Notes under the pieces: model-generated
What the model saw: only the letters and a program-made list of their open reading frames with translations
Told to the model about the DNA's origin: nothing
Databases searched by the model: none
Shown: positions 19,824 through 32,698 of the stretch, piece after piece
How positions within the stretch are numbered: the first letter of the stretch is position 1
Layout: each line of letters begins with the position of its first letter
Translations under genes and position numbers: made by a program
Assembly: GCA_029953675.1 (NCBI GenBank)
Contig: JAMWBK010000004.1
Span: 62,001-126,000, forward strand
Source of the DNA: Rhodosorus marinus CCMP1338
Taxonomy: Eukaryota; Plantae; Rhodophyta
Length of the DNA stretch: 64,000 bases
Direction of reading: 5' to 3'

Positions 19824-22800
19824 GAATGAATGGTTTAATCGGAGGCTGAAAAAAAAACCCCGAGGGGAAAAAAAGACTAAGCGCGGCGAAGTACTCGCGC
19901 CTCCAACATCAAAGCGGCATTCATGCGCCACAGCAGGAAACTTAAGCGGGTAAACAACGATTGAAGACGGTCAGGGCGTTCGCGGAACAACTCCCGAAGC
20001 CAGCGAGAACCAACAGAGTCCATGAACCCAAAGCACTCAATGATCAGGGGTACCAAGCGATGTGCTAGTGCCGAAGCACGAACACCAGGGGAAGACAAAG
20101 CCCCCGCGTATTTGATCTCTTTGCGGCGTCTCATGCTGGCGGCGGCAGATCCACGGCGCTCCCCCGCAGCCGGGAGATAACGACTAGCTTGAGGGTTAGG
20201 AACAGCAAGATCAACGTATGTGGTACGGCGGCTGTCGTCACAGGTGATCACCAGGTCGGCTACACGGCGTTCATCATTTTGAAAGTCCGCGACGGGTAAA
20301 GGTTTCTCACGTTCGATTTCCAGACCGGCTTGCCGGACTATAGGCCGAAGTTCCCGGTATAACAGGTTCAAGATCCGTGTGTGGCGGCGGGTTCGAGCAC
20401 CTTTCACCGCCGGGCAACTAGCGAGCAGGTGGGCGCCAAAATCTGCGTTGTCTTCAGTCTGAGAGCAGAGAGGGCACGACGAACCCATCTCGTACGGCCA
20501 AGGGGGCTGATGTAAGCCGAGGTATAAGCGCAGTGAAGTACGCACTTCGAAATCCGACAGTGTGAGTGGCGGAAAGGCTGGTACGGTCATGAGCCACTGA
20601 GAGCTAAGAACCCCTCCAAGACTACGTAGGCGGGCGCGAGCGCGAGAAGATGAGACCATCTGCGCGAGGAGTCGGCCATATGCAGCACGGTGCAAGTCCT
20701 AAGAAAGGATATTTTGCAGCGCATCCGTGCGTGCTTGAGCTCGGCTCCCAGCGCGCTGGGAATCATCAGGAGGATCAACTGGAACTTCTTCTTCTGCGGC
20801 AACCACTGGGTCAATCTCCCCTAGAACAGGTTCAGGCGCAGGACGAATCCCCGGGGCGGAGCCTCGAGAGCGGTCAAATACAGCTCGCCAGTCAGGAAGA
20901 TGGGGTTGAACGGTTTCGGGGAGACTAGTACAGGAATTCAGGGCGGTTTGGAGCTCCAGAAACAAGTCTTGGGCGCTTTCCGGTACGCTGGGAAGCAAGA
21001 CACCCCGCGAGAGGCTCGCCATCAAATTGCGGAACTTCGAGATACCCAAGCTGCTCAAAGTGGGAAGTGCGGTTCCCCAGGCCTCTACTGCGGCTGCAGG
21101 TTGGACCACAACACGATTGCAGAGGCCCAGTCCCCCCAATCGCAATGGGAGGCCTACCTGGGCGCGCACAACATCACAGGTGGGTCGCGGCAGAGCGCTC
21201 AGCTCTTCATCGAGAAAATACCCCAGGTCACGGAAACCTTCAGCATCCGCACGAGTGGCCAACCACCGGCTCCAATGAGTTGGAAGTGAGCGAAGCCAAT
21301 AGGTTAACCGCTGACTGCAACAATACCGAAACAGCAACAACGAGCACTGGAGAAAGCCCGGAGGTAGCCGTCGAAGCTCTGCAACCAGCTGTCTGTGCTT
21401 ACCGAGGAGCTGCAGGAACTCGCCTTCAACGAAGGACGGCGACCCGTAGGGGATGCCTAAGTGGACAAAACCATCCGGTCTCCAAATATCCTGGAACGAC
21501 GCAGGTACCTGCTGCTCTTGTGCAGCTACACCTCCCCAGTAGAACGATTTGTGATGATTAACCTCCAGGTCAACCCGCGAAGCCAAGGAGCGGAGACGAT
21601 CATAAGCGAGTGCTAGAGTATCAGGGGGCCCCAGGAGGCACACGTCGTCGTGGTATGCAACCGTACGAACCTGCGGGAATTCGGAGCGAAGACAAAGCAA
21701 GACGTTGTAGTCCACAGGCATGTAGGAAAGGGGACAAGGGATCACCCTGTTGTACCCCTGTGCGCGGCGCAAACGTGTGTGAGGAAGCGCCAAGGGTGTC
21801 ATAGGTAGCCCCACGACCAAGCGGAGAATAAAGTCTACTAACAAAGGGAAAGCCTACGGGGAAGACTTCGCGCACCACGTGCATGAGAGCCGGACGAGAG
21901 ACGCGGTTGAACGCATTGGTAAAATCGACAGAGAGGAGCCCAGAATCTGGGGAGTACGCCATTTCCGAACGGAGTAAAACAGACAACAACTCACAGCCAC
22001 CACGATAGCCCACGCCTAACTGCACGTGCCCAAAGAAACGGCGGGATTCGGGAACCAGGATTTTCACTAACCATCGCGCCGCCAATTTGCGGACCACCTC
22101 AACCAGGCCAATAGGGCGACTAGCAGGGCTCGAGGCCGTGTTGCCGGGCTTCGAAAGCAGACACAACTGCGAACGCCCGACCAAGAACCACGCACGCTCA
22201 CACAGGGGATCACCATTCACAAGCGCTTCGACCACCCACGCCAACGCCTTCAAACCTTCATCACTTAAAAAACGGAGATATTCCACCCGCAGCCCCGAGG
22301 GCCCTGGGGAACGGCCCTTTGGAGCATCATGAACCAACTCACGCACCGCCTCCAGATTGACCACTAACCGCGCACTGGGATGTGGCGCGGCGCGGTACTC
22401 TTCCAACACTGATTCAAACGAGGAGTCCCAAGGGGAGCCTTCCGAGGGAAAGAGCAAACGGAGCGGTGAAGAAAGATCATCGGAGTATGGAACCACAGGT
22501 TGCCGCTGCTGGAGGATCCCGGCTGCCCGCCGCAGATCACCGCCTGCTACCGCGTGACGCGCCCGATTCTGTCGAGAAGACCTAAAAGCTGAGGGAGCAC
22601 TAGGAGAAAAGGAAGAGAGAGAAGCGAAATAAAGACGTTCGAGGTCCTCAAAGTCGCCGGAAAGGAACATTTGCAGTTTTCGGCGAGGGTGGACCCGGCG
22701 AGGATGTGGGTTGAGGGGGACGGTAGAGGAGGTGAGCACGAGGCGGGGAAAAAAGAACAAGAGTTCCCAGCGAAGAGAGCAGTGAGGGTTCGCGGCGACC

Positions 22801-24392
22801 TGCTGCCAGAGAAAATCCAACACCAATCCTAGGGGCTTATGAAGTCGACGAGGGAGCCGTACGGCCGTGCTCTGACGACAAAGGGGAAGGGAACCGTCCG
22901 GGTAGGAGGCGACAAGGTGCGAAAACCACGAGAGAACACGCTCATGCCAGGCTGAACGGTCACTGGTAAACAGGGGTAACCGGGACGACACGCACGCGGA
23001 GGAGGAAGACTCAGACATCGAACCTCCCCTCAGTCGGGAAGGCAGATCGAATATCCGGAGGAGGTGCCTCGGAGGGAGGCTCAGGAGCCGCACGACGCTT
23101 ACGCGGGGGGCGCACGAAGGAACTAAAAGACCTGAAGAAAGTAGACACAGGGTTTTCAGCAGCGGAGTCTTGACTGGGGGTGTCCAGAGCCAGCGGATTC
23201 GGAGAGGCCGATGGTGCTCCTGCCATGTCGGTGTCACGAGCCTCGGAGACAGGGCGAGGGGAGAAAGGGTGCTCAAGAGTCGGCGGCAGAAGGTCAAACG
23301 CAGGGTGGGCTTCCAGCAGGGTGGCCTCAGTGGAGAGGAAGGCCTCTAGCGCGGTGCGGAGGACCCCGCGAGGAGGAAAACGCGCGAAGAGGCTGGCCTG
23401 TATGCGCGAGAGCCGCGCCGCATGAGTGTGTAGCGCGACAACCGAAGCCTGCGAGGCATCCAGGTTTTGAAAGGCCGACGGAGGAACCCATCCGGCGTCA
23501 AAACGATCGAACTCGACAAACAAAGAGACATGAGGACGAGTCAGTATCATGTTGGCCAGAGCAGAGCGCTGGGGCGCGGGGTGGTTACAAGGGATTGAAG
23601 GAACTGGTAAGCCGAGTCAGTAACAAGAAAACAGGCATGAGGGCCCGTGAAGTCCACATATAGGAATTCAGACGGGGCGACCTCAAGGGAGGAAGCCATG
23701 GTGTCGCGAAAATCGCGGTAGTGGACGGGCGCGCGGCCCCGACCACGAGAGGGGGTCTGGGGACGCACGTTCGTCATCCAAACAAAGTGGAACGGAGATA
23801 GTTGGCGAGAAGAGTCAATAGGGATGTGTTGTGGCATCATACGCACCATTGCCGTCGTGCGTTGTTCAGAAGAGCCTCTGCGCAGGACCTGCGAATAGGT
23901 CGCACGTGGGGCACTGGAGGGAGCAGGATTCGGGCCCGACGCGGGCCCAGGAGGCGTCTGTCCTTGAATAGGAGTAGGCCAGTCGGAATCAGGAATGACC
24001 GGAGCGGAGCGCTCGGGTCGGGTGGAGGCAGGCCCCGCTGTACCGTGCGGATCCGCGGGGACGGGCACCGGGGGGTATGGGCCAGGCGCGGAGGCGGAGA
24101 AGCGCTCCAAATAGGCGATCAGTAGGGGCAGGCGGTGTTCCTGGGAAGCAGTCACAAGAAGACTCGTCAGTTTCGAGCAGATCCCATGGGCCAACTCGTC
24201 AGCGCAGTCCGTGAGGGTGGCCGCGGTACTAAACCCGCCCACGCTGAGCTCCACACGCGCTGAGAGAACGGCTCCGTCCGCCGGAATGGGTGGGGAGACC
24301 CCAACCATAACGATTGGAAGGTGTGAAAAACCGATTCCCCCACGAAACCCCCAAAAAGAGAACTTGTTCCCAACGTTTGCAACCAAAGAAAA
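19824..24392 (-). mobile_element. Family A copy 2, lacking ~160 bp of 5' UTR; defective
   Basis: Near-identical to copy 1; 1-bp deletion near 23580 (ORF1), 2-bp deletion near 21706 (ORF2), same TAG before the RLE; tail CCATTCATTC. Confidence 0.93.
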
Positions 24393-24461
24393 TTTAATCA
24401 CTGACAACGTTTGTACAGCTTACTCTAAGTAAACCACCACCACCACCACCAAACCGAATAT

Positions 24462-24715
24462 GAATGAATGAATGAATGAATGGTTTAATCGGAGGCTGAA
24501 AAAAAAAACCCCGAGGGGAAAAAAAGACTAAGCGCGGCGAAGTACTCGCGCCTCCAACATCAAAGCGGCATTCATGCGCCACAGCAGGAAACTTAAGCGG
24601 GTAAACAACGATTGAAGACGGTCAGGGCGTTCGCGGAACAACTCCCGAAGCCAGCGAGAACCAACAGAGTCCATGAACCCAAAGCACTCAATGATCAGGG
24701 GTACCAAGCGATGTG
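24462..24715 (-). mobile_element. Family A 3' fragment (~255 bp) with (TTCA)n tail
   Basis: Matches the A 3' end; five GAAT units on the + strand. Confidence 0.9.
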
Positions 24716-24935
24716 ATATAGCGCTAAGGATGCGGAATGAAAGCACATGAGGCTACGCTAAGGGCACACCAGGACGGCCAATACTACTTTCTATGGGAAA
24801 CAGTGTCTGGACGTTGTTCGCTAACTGGGTTGGTTCGGATCGACGGCATCCATTCGCACATGTCGATCGTTTCATCCAATCGGTTGAGGGCGGATCCTCG
24901 ATTAATGTAATTTTTGAGAACCAGGTTCACAATAC

Positions 24936-26247
24936 AGTTTTTGGTTTCGTGAGTGTATGGTGCTCGCTTTTTTGGTGGTTTTGAGTCGCAATTGTGTTCT
25001 TAGGTGGGAGGCGCTTCTTTCTGCAGCCTTTCCCCCGCATCTTCTAGTGGTGTGGTGCGTGCTGGGGGTTGCTAGCGCCCCTTGGAGGTCGTGGTGGTTT
25101 TTCTTTGGTTGCAAACGTTGGGAACAAGTTCTCTTTTTGGGGGTTTCGTTGGGGAATCGGTTTTTCACACCTTCCTATCGTTATGGTTGGGGTTTCCCCA
25201 CCTATTCCGGTGGACGGAGCCGTTCTCTCAGCGCCCGTGGAGCTCAGCGTGGGCGGGTTTAGTACCGCGGCCACCCTCACGGACTGCGCTGACGAGTTAG
25301 CCCATGGGATCTGCTCGAAACTGACGAGTCTTCTTGTGACTGCTTCCCAGGAACACCGCCTGCCCCTGCTGATCGCCTATTTGGAGCGCTTCTCCGCCTC
25401 CGCGCCTGCCCCATACCCCCCGGTGCCCGTCCCCGCGGATCCGCACGGTACAGCGGGGCCTGCCTCCACCCGACCCGAGCGCTCCGCTCCGGTCATTCCT
25501 GATTCCGACTGGCCTACCCCTATTCAAGGACAGACGCCTCCTGGGCCCGCGTCGGGCCCGAATCCTGCTCCCTCCAGTGCCCCACGTGCGACCTATTCGC
25601 AGGTCCTACGCAGGGGCTCTTCTGAACAACGCACGACGGCATGGTGCGTATGATGCCACAACACATCCCTATTGACTCTTCTCGCCAACTATCTCCGTTC
25701 CACTTTGTTTGGATGACGAACGTGCGTCCCCAGACCCCCTCTCGTGGTCGGGGCCGCGCGCCCGTCCACTACCGCGATTTTCGCGACACCATGGCTTCCT
25801 CCCTTGGGGTCGCCCCGTCTGAATTCCTATATGTGGACTTCACGGGCCCTCATGCCTGTTTTCTTGTTACTGACTCGGCTTACCAGTTCCTTCAATCCCT
25901 TGTAACCACCCCCGCGCCCCAGCGCTCTGCTCTGGCCAACATGATACTGACTCGTCCTCATGTCTCTTTGTTTGTCGAGTTCGATCGTTTTGACGCCGGA
26001 TGGGTTCCACCGTCGGCCTTGCAAAACCTGGATGCCTCGCAGGCTTCGGTTGTCGCGCTACACACTCATGCGGCGCGGCTCTCGCGCATACAGGCGAGCC
26101 TCTTCGCGCGTTTTCCTCCTCGCGGGGTCCTCCGCACCGCGCTAGAGGCCTTCCTCTCCACTGAGGCCACCCTGCTGGAAGCCCACCCTGCGTTTGACCT
26201 TCTGCCGCCGACTCTTGAGCACCCTTCCTCCCCTCGCCCTGTCTCCG
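24936..26247 (+). mobile_element. Family A copy 4: intact 5' end, ORF1 frameshifted near 25640, 3' part lost
   Basis: Matches 8923-10230; stops ~26 bp before a family B tail. Confidence 0.9.
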
Positions 26248-26273
26248 GGGTTCCAGTAAGTTTCTCCCTAGAT

Positions 26274-28530
26274 GGACTTTACTAGCATAGCCTGAAGCGC
26301 TACACAAGGCGTGAAGATGAACTAATAACTAGGGAGGGAAGTATGCAACCCCAGGCGCCGATGGCGCGCCTCGGAAAGCATGTCGCTGGAATATCGCCAA
26401 AGGGAGACACTTAAACGCCTCAACAGCGCCAAATATTCAGTAGGATGCTCAGCAAAACATTTCCGCAACCACTCTAAACCCGACTTATCCACGTGACCAA
26501 AGCTTTCCACAATGAATGGCTGGAACCGGTGAGAGCGACCCTCAGCGCAAGGCAGACTGGCCATGCTCTCAGCATACCGTCGTTCCTTAACTCTTCGAAG
26601 GGCTGAAGCCGCGGCCCCCCGGCGGCGGGCGGCTGCGGTGAGGTGGGCGCTGGCCACGGGGCAGGTAATCGCAAGGTCCACATATGTTGAGCGTCTGGCA
26701 GCAGCGTCAGAGACGAGGAGATCGGCTATACAACGGGGCGGTGCAGAGTCCGAGATTGATCTGGGCAGTTCCGACTCAACCTCAACCGTATGCCCTATCC
26801 GAGTCAAAAATTCGCTGAGGATGTGCTTGAGGCGAGTGTGACGCCTCGTACGGAGACCTCGCAACAGTCCGCAGGAACCCAGGAAGTGGTAGCCACAAGC
26901 GTCAATCCGGCTCTCACATCCCTGACAGAAAGACGGCCGATTAGAGTGCCACGGAGCCTGTGGCAAACCGAGATAGATCCGGGCGGCAGAACGGAACTGG
27001 AAAGCATCGAGACGATGACTCAATGACGACGGTAGAGTGGTTAACCACAAGTGCGAGAGGTGGCCTCCCTTTAGTAGCATAGCCTGAAGCGCTACGCAAG
27101 GCGTGAAGATGAACTAATAACTAGGGAGGGAAGCATGCAACCCCAGGCGCCGATGGCGCGCCTCGGAAAGCATGTCGCTGGAATATCGCCAAAAGGAGAC
27201 ACTTAAACGCCTCAACAGCGCCAAATATTCAGTAGGATGCTCAGCAAAACATTTCCGCAACCACCCTAAACCCGACTTACCCACGTGACCAAAGCTTTCC
27301 ACAATGAACGGCTGGAACCGGTGAGAGCGACCCTCAGCGCAAGGCAGACTGGCCATGCTCTCAGCATACCGTCGTTCCTTAACTCTTCGAAGGGCTGAAG
27401 CCGCGGCCCCCCGGCGGCGGGCGGCTGCGGTGAGGTGGGCGCTGGCCACGGGGCAGGTAATAGCAAGGTCCACATATGTTGAGCGTCTGGCAGCAGCGTC
27501 GGAGACGAGGAGATCGGCTATACAACGGGGCGGTGCAGAGTCCGAGATTGATCTGGGCAGTTCCGACTCAACCTCAACCGTATGCCCTATCCGAGTCAAA
27601 AATTCGCTGAGGATGTACTTGAGGCGAGTGTGACGCCTCGTACGGAGACCTCGCAACAGTCCGCAGGAACCCAGGAAGTGGTAGCCACAAGCGTCAATCC
27701 GGCTCTCACATCCCTGGCAGAAAGACGGCCGATTAGAGTGCCACGGAGCCTGTGGCAAACCGAGATAGATCCGTGCGGCAGAACGGAACTGGAAAGCATC
27801 GAGACGATGACTCAATGACGACGGTAGAGTGGTTAACCACAAGTGCGAGAGGTGGCCTCCCATGCCGCGGAGACGAGCGGCAGTGGTAGGCGGCGTGAGA
27901 GGAGAATTGAGCATGACTGTGTGAGCGGCACTGTGTTGGCCCCAGGCCAGGAACTGCTGACCCCTGCGGAGAGCGACGAACGGGAGATATGCACCGGTAT
28001 GGGGGAAGTGACAGCGAGGTCCACATGTGCCGAGCGTTTGGCGGCTGCGCCAGGAGGTCTGCGATGCAGCGAGCAGAGGTGGTTGCGGAAGGTGTTCGAG
28101 GCAGTGCCGATTCCACCTCTACCTGTAGCCGACTCTTGTCAAGTGTTTGCCCAGGACGTATTTGCGGCGCGTATGTCAAATTGTGCGATGACCTCGCAGC
28201 ACTCCACACGAGCCAGGAAAATGGTACCCACATCCATCGATACGCCTCGCACAACCTTCTGCCTTGGCAGAAGGAAGAGCGATTGGGGCCTATGGCAAAA
28301 CAGGGGTTAGATGCGTGCCGCGGTGCGGAACAACTGGAAGGCGTCCAATGTTTGGCACGGACACGAGGGCAGAGTGGTTTTTTTGTCATAGATGGGATAG
28401 ATGACCTCGCATGCCCCATAGCGAACCGCAGTGGTAGGCGGTGTAAGTGGGGTGAGTTGAGTAAGATTGCTTGCAGCAGTGTGTTGGCCCCGAATGAGGC
28501 TATGTTGGATCATATCAATGCGTCAGGTTG
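26274..28530 (-). mobile_element. Family B head-to-tail array (26274-27069, 27070-27946) followed by rearranged decayed B-like fragments
   Basis: Two RLE ORFs ending SLPSY*; junction gctactaaa|gggaggcc. Confidence 0.9.
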
Positions 28531-28879
28531 ACAAAGGCGCCTGAGAGCGACGGGCAGAATGCCCGGAGTACCCTCAGTGGTATACGGGAGAGATAGAGAA
28601 CACGAAATCCTCCGCATTTTTTATTTTTCTTGCTGGTGGTTTTTTCTAAATCACAGTTCCTCAAGGGCGTACGGTGACGGTCGGGTGAGAGGAGAGGGTG
28701 TACGGGAGATATAAAGAAAACGATATCCTCTCCATTCAAAATTTCACACGACTTCCAAAGGAGGTAATTCTCTGGCTCTCCATACAATCCAGAGCGCCCA
28801 GTTTGCATCGTCAGCAAGAGTTCGTCAGCGCTCTATGCTTCTCGACAAAGACTTTCTGCCCTACGGGTTCAACCCCACT

Positions 28880-29968
28880 TTAAGCGATCGCGAGGCACTC
28901 TAGGCAGAGGATAGCGGCGCCGCTGTAGACTGCCGGATCTAGGCTATAGGATGTCTGAGTCTTCTGCCTGGGACATCCTGAATCATTGAGTGTGAACCTT
29001 GTCAGCGAAGCGTTGGACCTGACGATCAGGTATTCATTGTTGACGACGGGCTGACTGCCGGGGGACATTTCGATTCGGACGTCGGGGCAGAGCTTCTCAA
29101 CCGGGTACACGGTATTGTCGAAGTTTCGTACCCTTCCAGCATTGAGGCCTGACTTTTGGATGTACATGAAGAGTTTCGTCAGGTCGGGAGTCCAGGCCAT
29201 CCGGAGAAATTCAAAACCCTGGGGGTTAACTTCATAAGCTTCCTTGAGATCCATTGGGTTCAACTGCTTCATGTACGATCCACCGTTGCCCGACGACGTC
29301 AGGAACAGGCTAGTGCTCCCGGCAATATGGAGGTGAGACGTCTTTCCACGAACACTCACCCACCTGACCATCTCCCAAGTAGCCCGGCTGTACATGACCA
29401 GCAACCCCTCGCTCTTCTCTTCATCTCCCTGCGGCTTAGTTGCGAAGGTGATGTAGATGTAATTGGCAGTCAGCGCAGTATCCACTGCCGACTCGACGTC
29501 AATGCCCAAGATCGCGGGTAGAGGGAATATGTGGAGAAGCTCCAGAATTACAGGATCCACCACCAAGACCGATTCAGTGCACACCATCCCCAGGATAGGG
29601 CTTTGGATGTAGTCGTAGGTCGCTTTCAACGAGAGTGGCTGATCACACAAGGTGGAGAAGGTGTCGTACTCCTTAAACTCAAGCAAGTTCGATGTACTCT
29701 GAACTTCGTACTGGATAAGCGCACTCTGGATGCCACGAAACACAGCTGTCACGAACAACCAATTCTCAAGCGCAACGATCTGGTACAGCTTCACAGGAAG
29801 GTCCGTAACTTTAAGATACTGGACCATCTCCAAGGTCTCCAAGTCATTAACTTGGAGATGGTCCTGCAACTCACCAGTGATAGCCACCACAGTTGGCGGA
29901 ACAGTGTAGGCAACGCTCCCAGAGAGCGTCATCACCAAAACCCAGCCGAACAGAATAATTTTCGACAT
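28880..29968 (-). CDS. Secreted protein of unknown function (362 aa), possibly beta-propeller-like
   Basis: MSKIILFGWVLVMTLSGSVA signal-peptide pattern; long uninterrupted non-repeat ORF; recurring short hydrophobic beta-strand pattern (fold is inference). Confidence 0.75.
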   Translation of the reverse strand: MSKIILFGWVLVMTLSGSVAYTVPPTVVAITGELQDHLQVNDLETLEMVQYLKVTDLPVKLYQIVALENWLFVTAVFRGIQSALIQYEVQSTSNLLEFKEYDTFSTLCDQPLSLKATYDYIQSPILGMVCTESVLVVDPVILELLHIFPLPAILGIDVESAVDTALTANYIYITFATKPQGDEEKSEGLLVMYSRATWEMVRWVSVRGKTSHLHIAGSTSLFLTSSGNGGSYMKQLNPMDLKEAYEVNPQGFEFLRMAWTPDLTKLFMYIQKSGLNAGRVRNFDNTVYPVEKLCPDVRIEMSPGSQPVVNNEYLIVRSNASLTRFTLNDSGCPRQKTQTSYSLDPAVYSGAAILCLECLAIA

Positions 29969-31264
29969 TTCTTTTTTTTCGACTCCCTCTCTTTCCTTTC
30001 TGTTGTTGTCTTCCTAAGCTTCGAGTTTCAACCTCTGCAGCCCAGCGCAGCTCACTTCAAGGCTTCTTATAGGGCAGCAATCTGACCGATGTACGCCCAG
30101 CCTGTTGCCGATCTGGTCAGTCCATGCGACCTCGTCCAAACCCGAGCTAAAAATGGTTCAATCCGGTTGCACTTAAGTGCGACTGAGTCAATGTCTACAT
30201 TTAGACTTACGCTTTGTCCGTCTATTAGACCGGGTACAAAAGCAGAAGGTTACTAGTCCGTTCTCTTTTCGAAAGAAGAACTCTTGGTGGTTCCATATGC
30301 TGTTAGGGGTTTTCGCAGGCACTACAGGTTTGAATGGAATTCTACATGTCCGCGTTCTTACTCTCCAAACTTTGTGGACACGTGGTGGTTTTACGAACAT
30401 AGCCTGATGGTAACGTAGACCACCGGAGCTTCGGAGACGCTGTGAAAGCCGAGTCCTTCTGCCGTCCAGGGCGGGATCTCTTACATGCCTGCAGGAGGGC
30501 GTCGTGAAATTGTGGTTTGGGATTTTTGAGACATAAAGAGAGGCTCGCTGAGCGATTTTCGACAACAAAGAACCCTCTTTTCTCTATGGATCAGAGAAAG
30601 CTTAGAGATGCGGAGGGGTCAACCGCGCGGCCGTTTGCTACGGTTGCTTCTAGCAAGATGCTACGATGATGCTTTCCTGCTTCGATTTTTCGATAGAGCG
30701 CTGACTCAAACGAACGAATGGTTTAAAGGGGCAAATGGCCAAAACAACGAACGAAAGGTTTCAGTGGCGAATGGAGAGGTGGTTTTACGGCTGCTGCGCA
30801 TCGTGTCCCAAAAAGACGGTGAAGTCGATGTCGACAAAATGAATTTGTATAACCGACAAAATCAGGCATTTGACTTTTACGACTGTGTCTTGTCTGTACT
30901 TGTGTGCACTTTTCTTTTAGGTTCACTCTAGCTGGAGACTTTCTTGATGCTTGATGTATTACTCAGTGGTTGATTCAACAGTGGTTCTACTAGCAAATAA
31001 AACTTGTCATCCTGCCGAGAATTGAAACCGGTTCCTCTCTAACTTCCTATCGAAATGTCAGACGGGAAATACCCCGAGGGATCCAGCCCAGGGGATCACA
31101 AGTTTTTTCTGGTCAAAACCATGAAATTTCTGAGCTATTCTTTCCTTCACCACGATAGCACAATATAAAGCTGCTTTTTAACTCAACTAGAAGAATTTCA
31201 AGCAAACTTCTACCGCTACAGATTACGAATGTCTAACTTGCACTGTCTCCTCCAACTTGCACCG

Positions 31265-32400
31265 ATGGATTTACTAGTATAGCCTGAAGCGCTACGGAAG
31301 GCGTACGGAGGGCGGGAAAGGGAACTACTAGAACTAGGGAGAAAATTGTGCCAACTCCATCAAGCCTCGCGAGCATGTTGCTAGAATATCGAGAGAGCGG
31401 CATTTAACCGGCCCCAGATATTCAACAGCATGGTCAGTAAAACGTTTCGACAGCCACTCCAAGCTGCACTTTCCAGACGCCCAAAGCTTTCCACAATGAA
31501 AGGCTGGAACCTGTGAGAAAACGGCCTTCTGCACAAGGGAGACTGGCCAAGATCTCAGCATACAGTCGTTCCTTCAGTCGGCGAACTACAGAAGCTGCTG
31601 GCCGCCGGCGAGGAGAGGCTTCTGAGGGGAGATAGGTACTTGACACAGGGCAGGTGGTGGCGAGATGCACATATGCTGAGCGTCTGGCGGCAGGGGCCGA
31701 TACAGGAGATCTGCGATGCACTCGGGGCGGGGAGGGGGCGGGGGTAGCCGAAGCTCATCGGGGCAGACCCAATTCAATCTCAACCGTATCGCCAACCCTG
31801 GTCGATATTCGCTCAGGATGTAGCTCAGACGGGTGTGACGTTTCGTACGATGACCTCTCAATGGTCCACACGATTTACTTGTACCATAGGAGTCCCAGAT
31901 ATTCAGCAGTATGCGCAATAAAGTATTTCCGCAGCCACTCCAAGTTTAATTTTTCCAGATACCCAAAGCTTTCCACAAAAAAATTTCTGGAACCTGTGAG
32001 AACGGCCCTCTGCCGAGGAGAAACTGACCATGCAACGTGGTGGCGTGGTGGCAGAGGCGGACCGGGGCAGTTCCAATTCAACCTCAACCGTGTGGCCAAC
32101 CCTGATCAAATGTTCGCTCAAGATGTACATATCTCCTAGAAAACAAATATCGCCAGATAGCGACAATTAAACGGCGTAAGAGTACCAGATATTCAGCGTT
32201 AGGGTCAGTAGAATATTTCCCCAGCCACTCCGCGCGTGACTTTACCAAATGCCAAAGCTCTCCACAATGGAAGGCCTGAACCTGTGAGAACGGCCCTCTG
32301 CCTAGGGGTTACTAGCCATGCTCTCGGCATGGCTAGTAACCGTCGTTCCTTTAGTCGGCGAAATACAGAAGCTGCTGCCTCCACCATTCATTCAGAGGGG
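31265..32400 (-). mobile_element. Cluster of decayed B-like RLE and 3' fragments
   Basis: Repeated ESFG/RLKERR-like segments; B-like terminus tttactagtatagcctgaagcgctacg at ~31270. Confidence 0.7.
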
Positions 32401-32506
32401 AGATATATGTAGTGCAATAAATTTTTTCATATTTGGATAAATTCTACATGTGTAGTCTTGGGGTCTAATAATAGAACTATCAAAAGAACGGCAGAATACA
32501 ATCTCA

Positions 32507-32544
32507 GTTGCTATGATCTGGACTTTACTAGGTTGCTATGATCT
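32507..32544 (-). mobile_element. Family B tail-only micro-insertion (12 nt) with 13-bp TSD
   Basis: GTTGCTATGATCT [ggactttactag] GTTGCTATGATCT; a local paralogue at ~32645-32670 shows the empty site. Confidence 0.85.
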
Positions 32545-32698
32545 AACCTTCGTTCCAGGGTCTGGTCCCCGTTGCTCTAGGAATTCTTTATGCACATAGC
32601 CTACGGGGTCTAATAATAGAACTATCAGAAGAGCGGCAGGATACGATCTCAGTTGCCTATGATCTAACCTTCGTGGCAGGGCCCTGCCCAGCTACTCT

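Noticed and set aside
19824-19845. GGTTTAAT resemblance to nematode SL1 and possible spliced-leader targeting
   Set aside because: 8-nt match inside the element's own 3' UTR (antisense); insertion flanks are unrelated to each other and no SL array is present.
19810-24400. TSDs for long A copies (partial tttaatc match for copy 2)
   Set aside because: Match is not adjacent to the tail; none found for copies 1 and 3, so none claimed.
29156-30085. Plus-strand ORFs of 121 and 184 aa
   Set aside because: Antisense shadows of the 362-aa signal-peptide ORF.
30708-30730. Further A tail-like motif gaacgaatggtttaa
   Set aside because: No flanking direct repeat found, so not counted as a micro-insertion.
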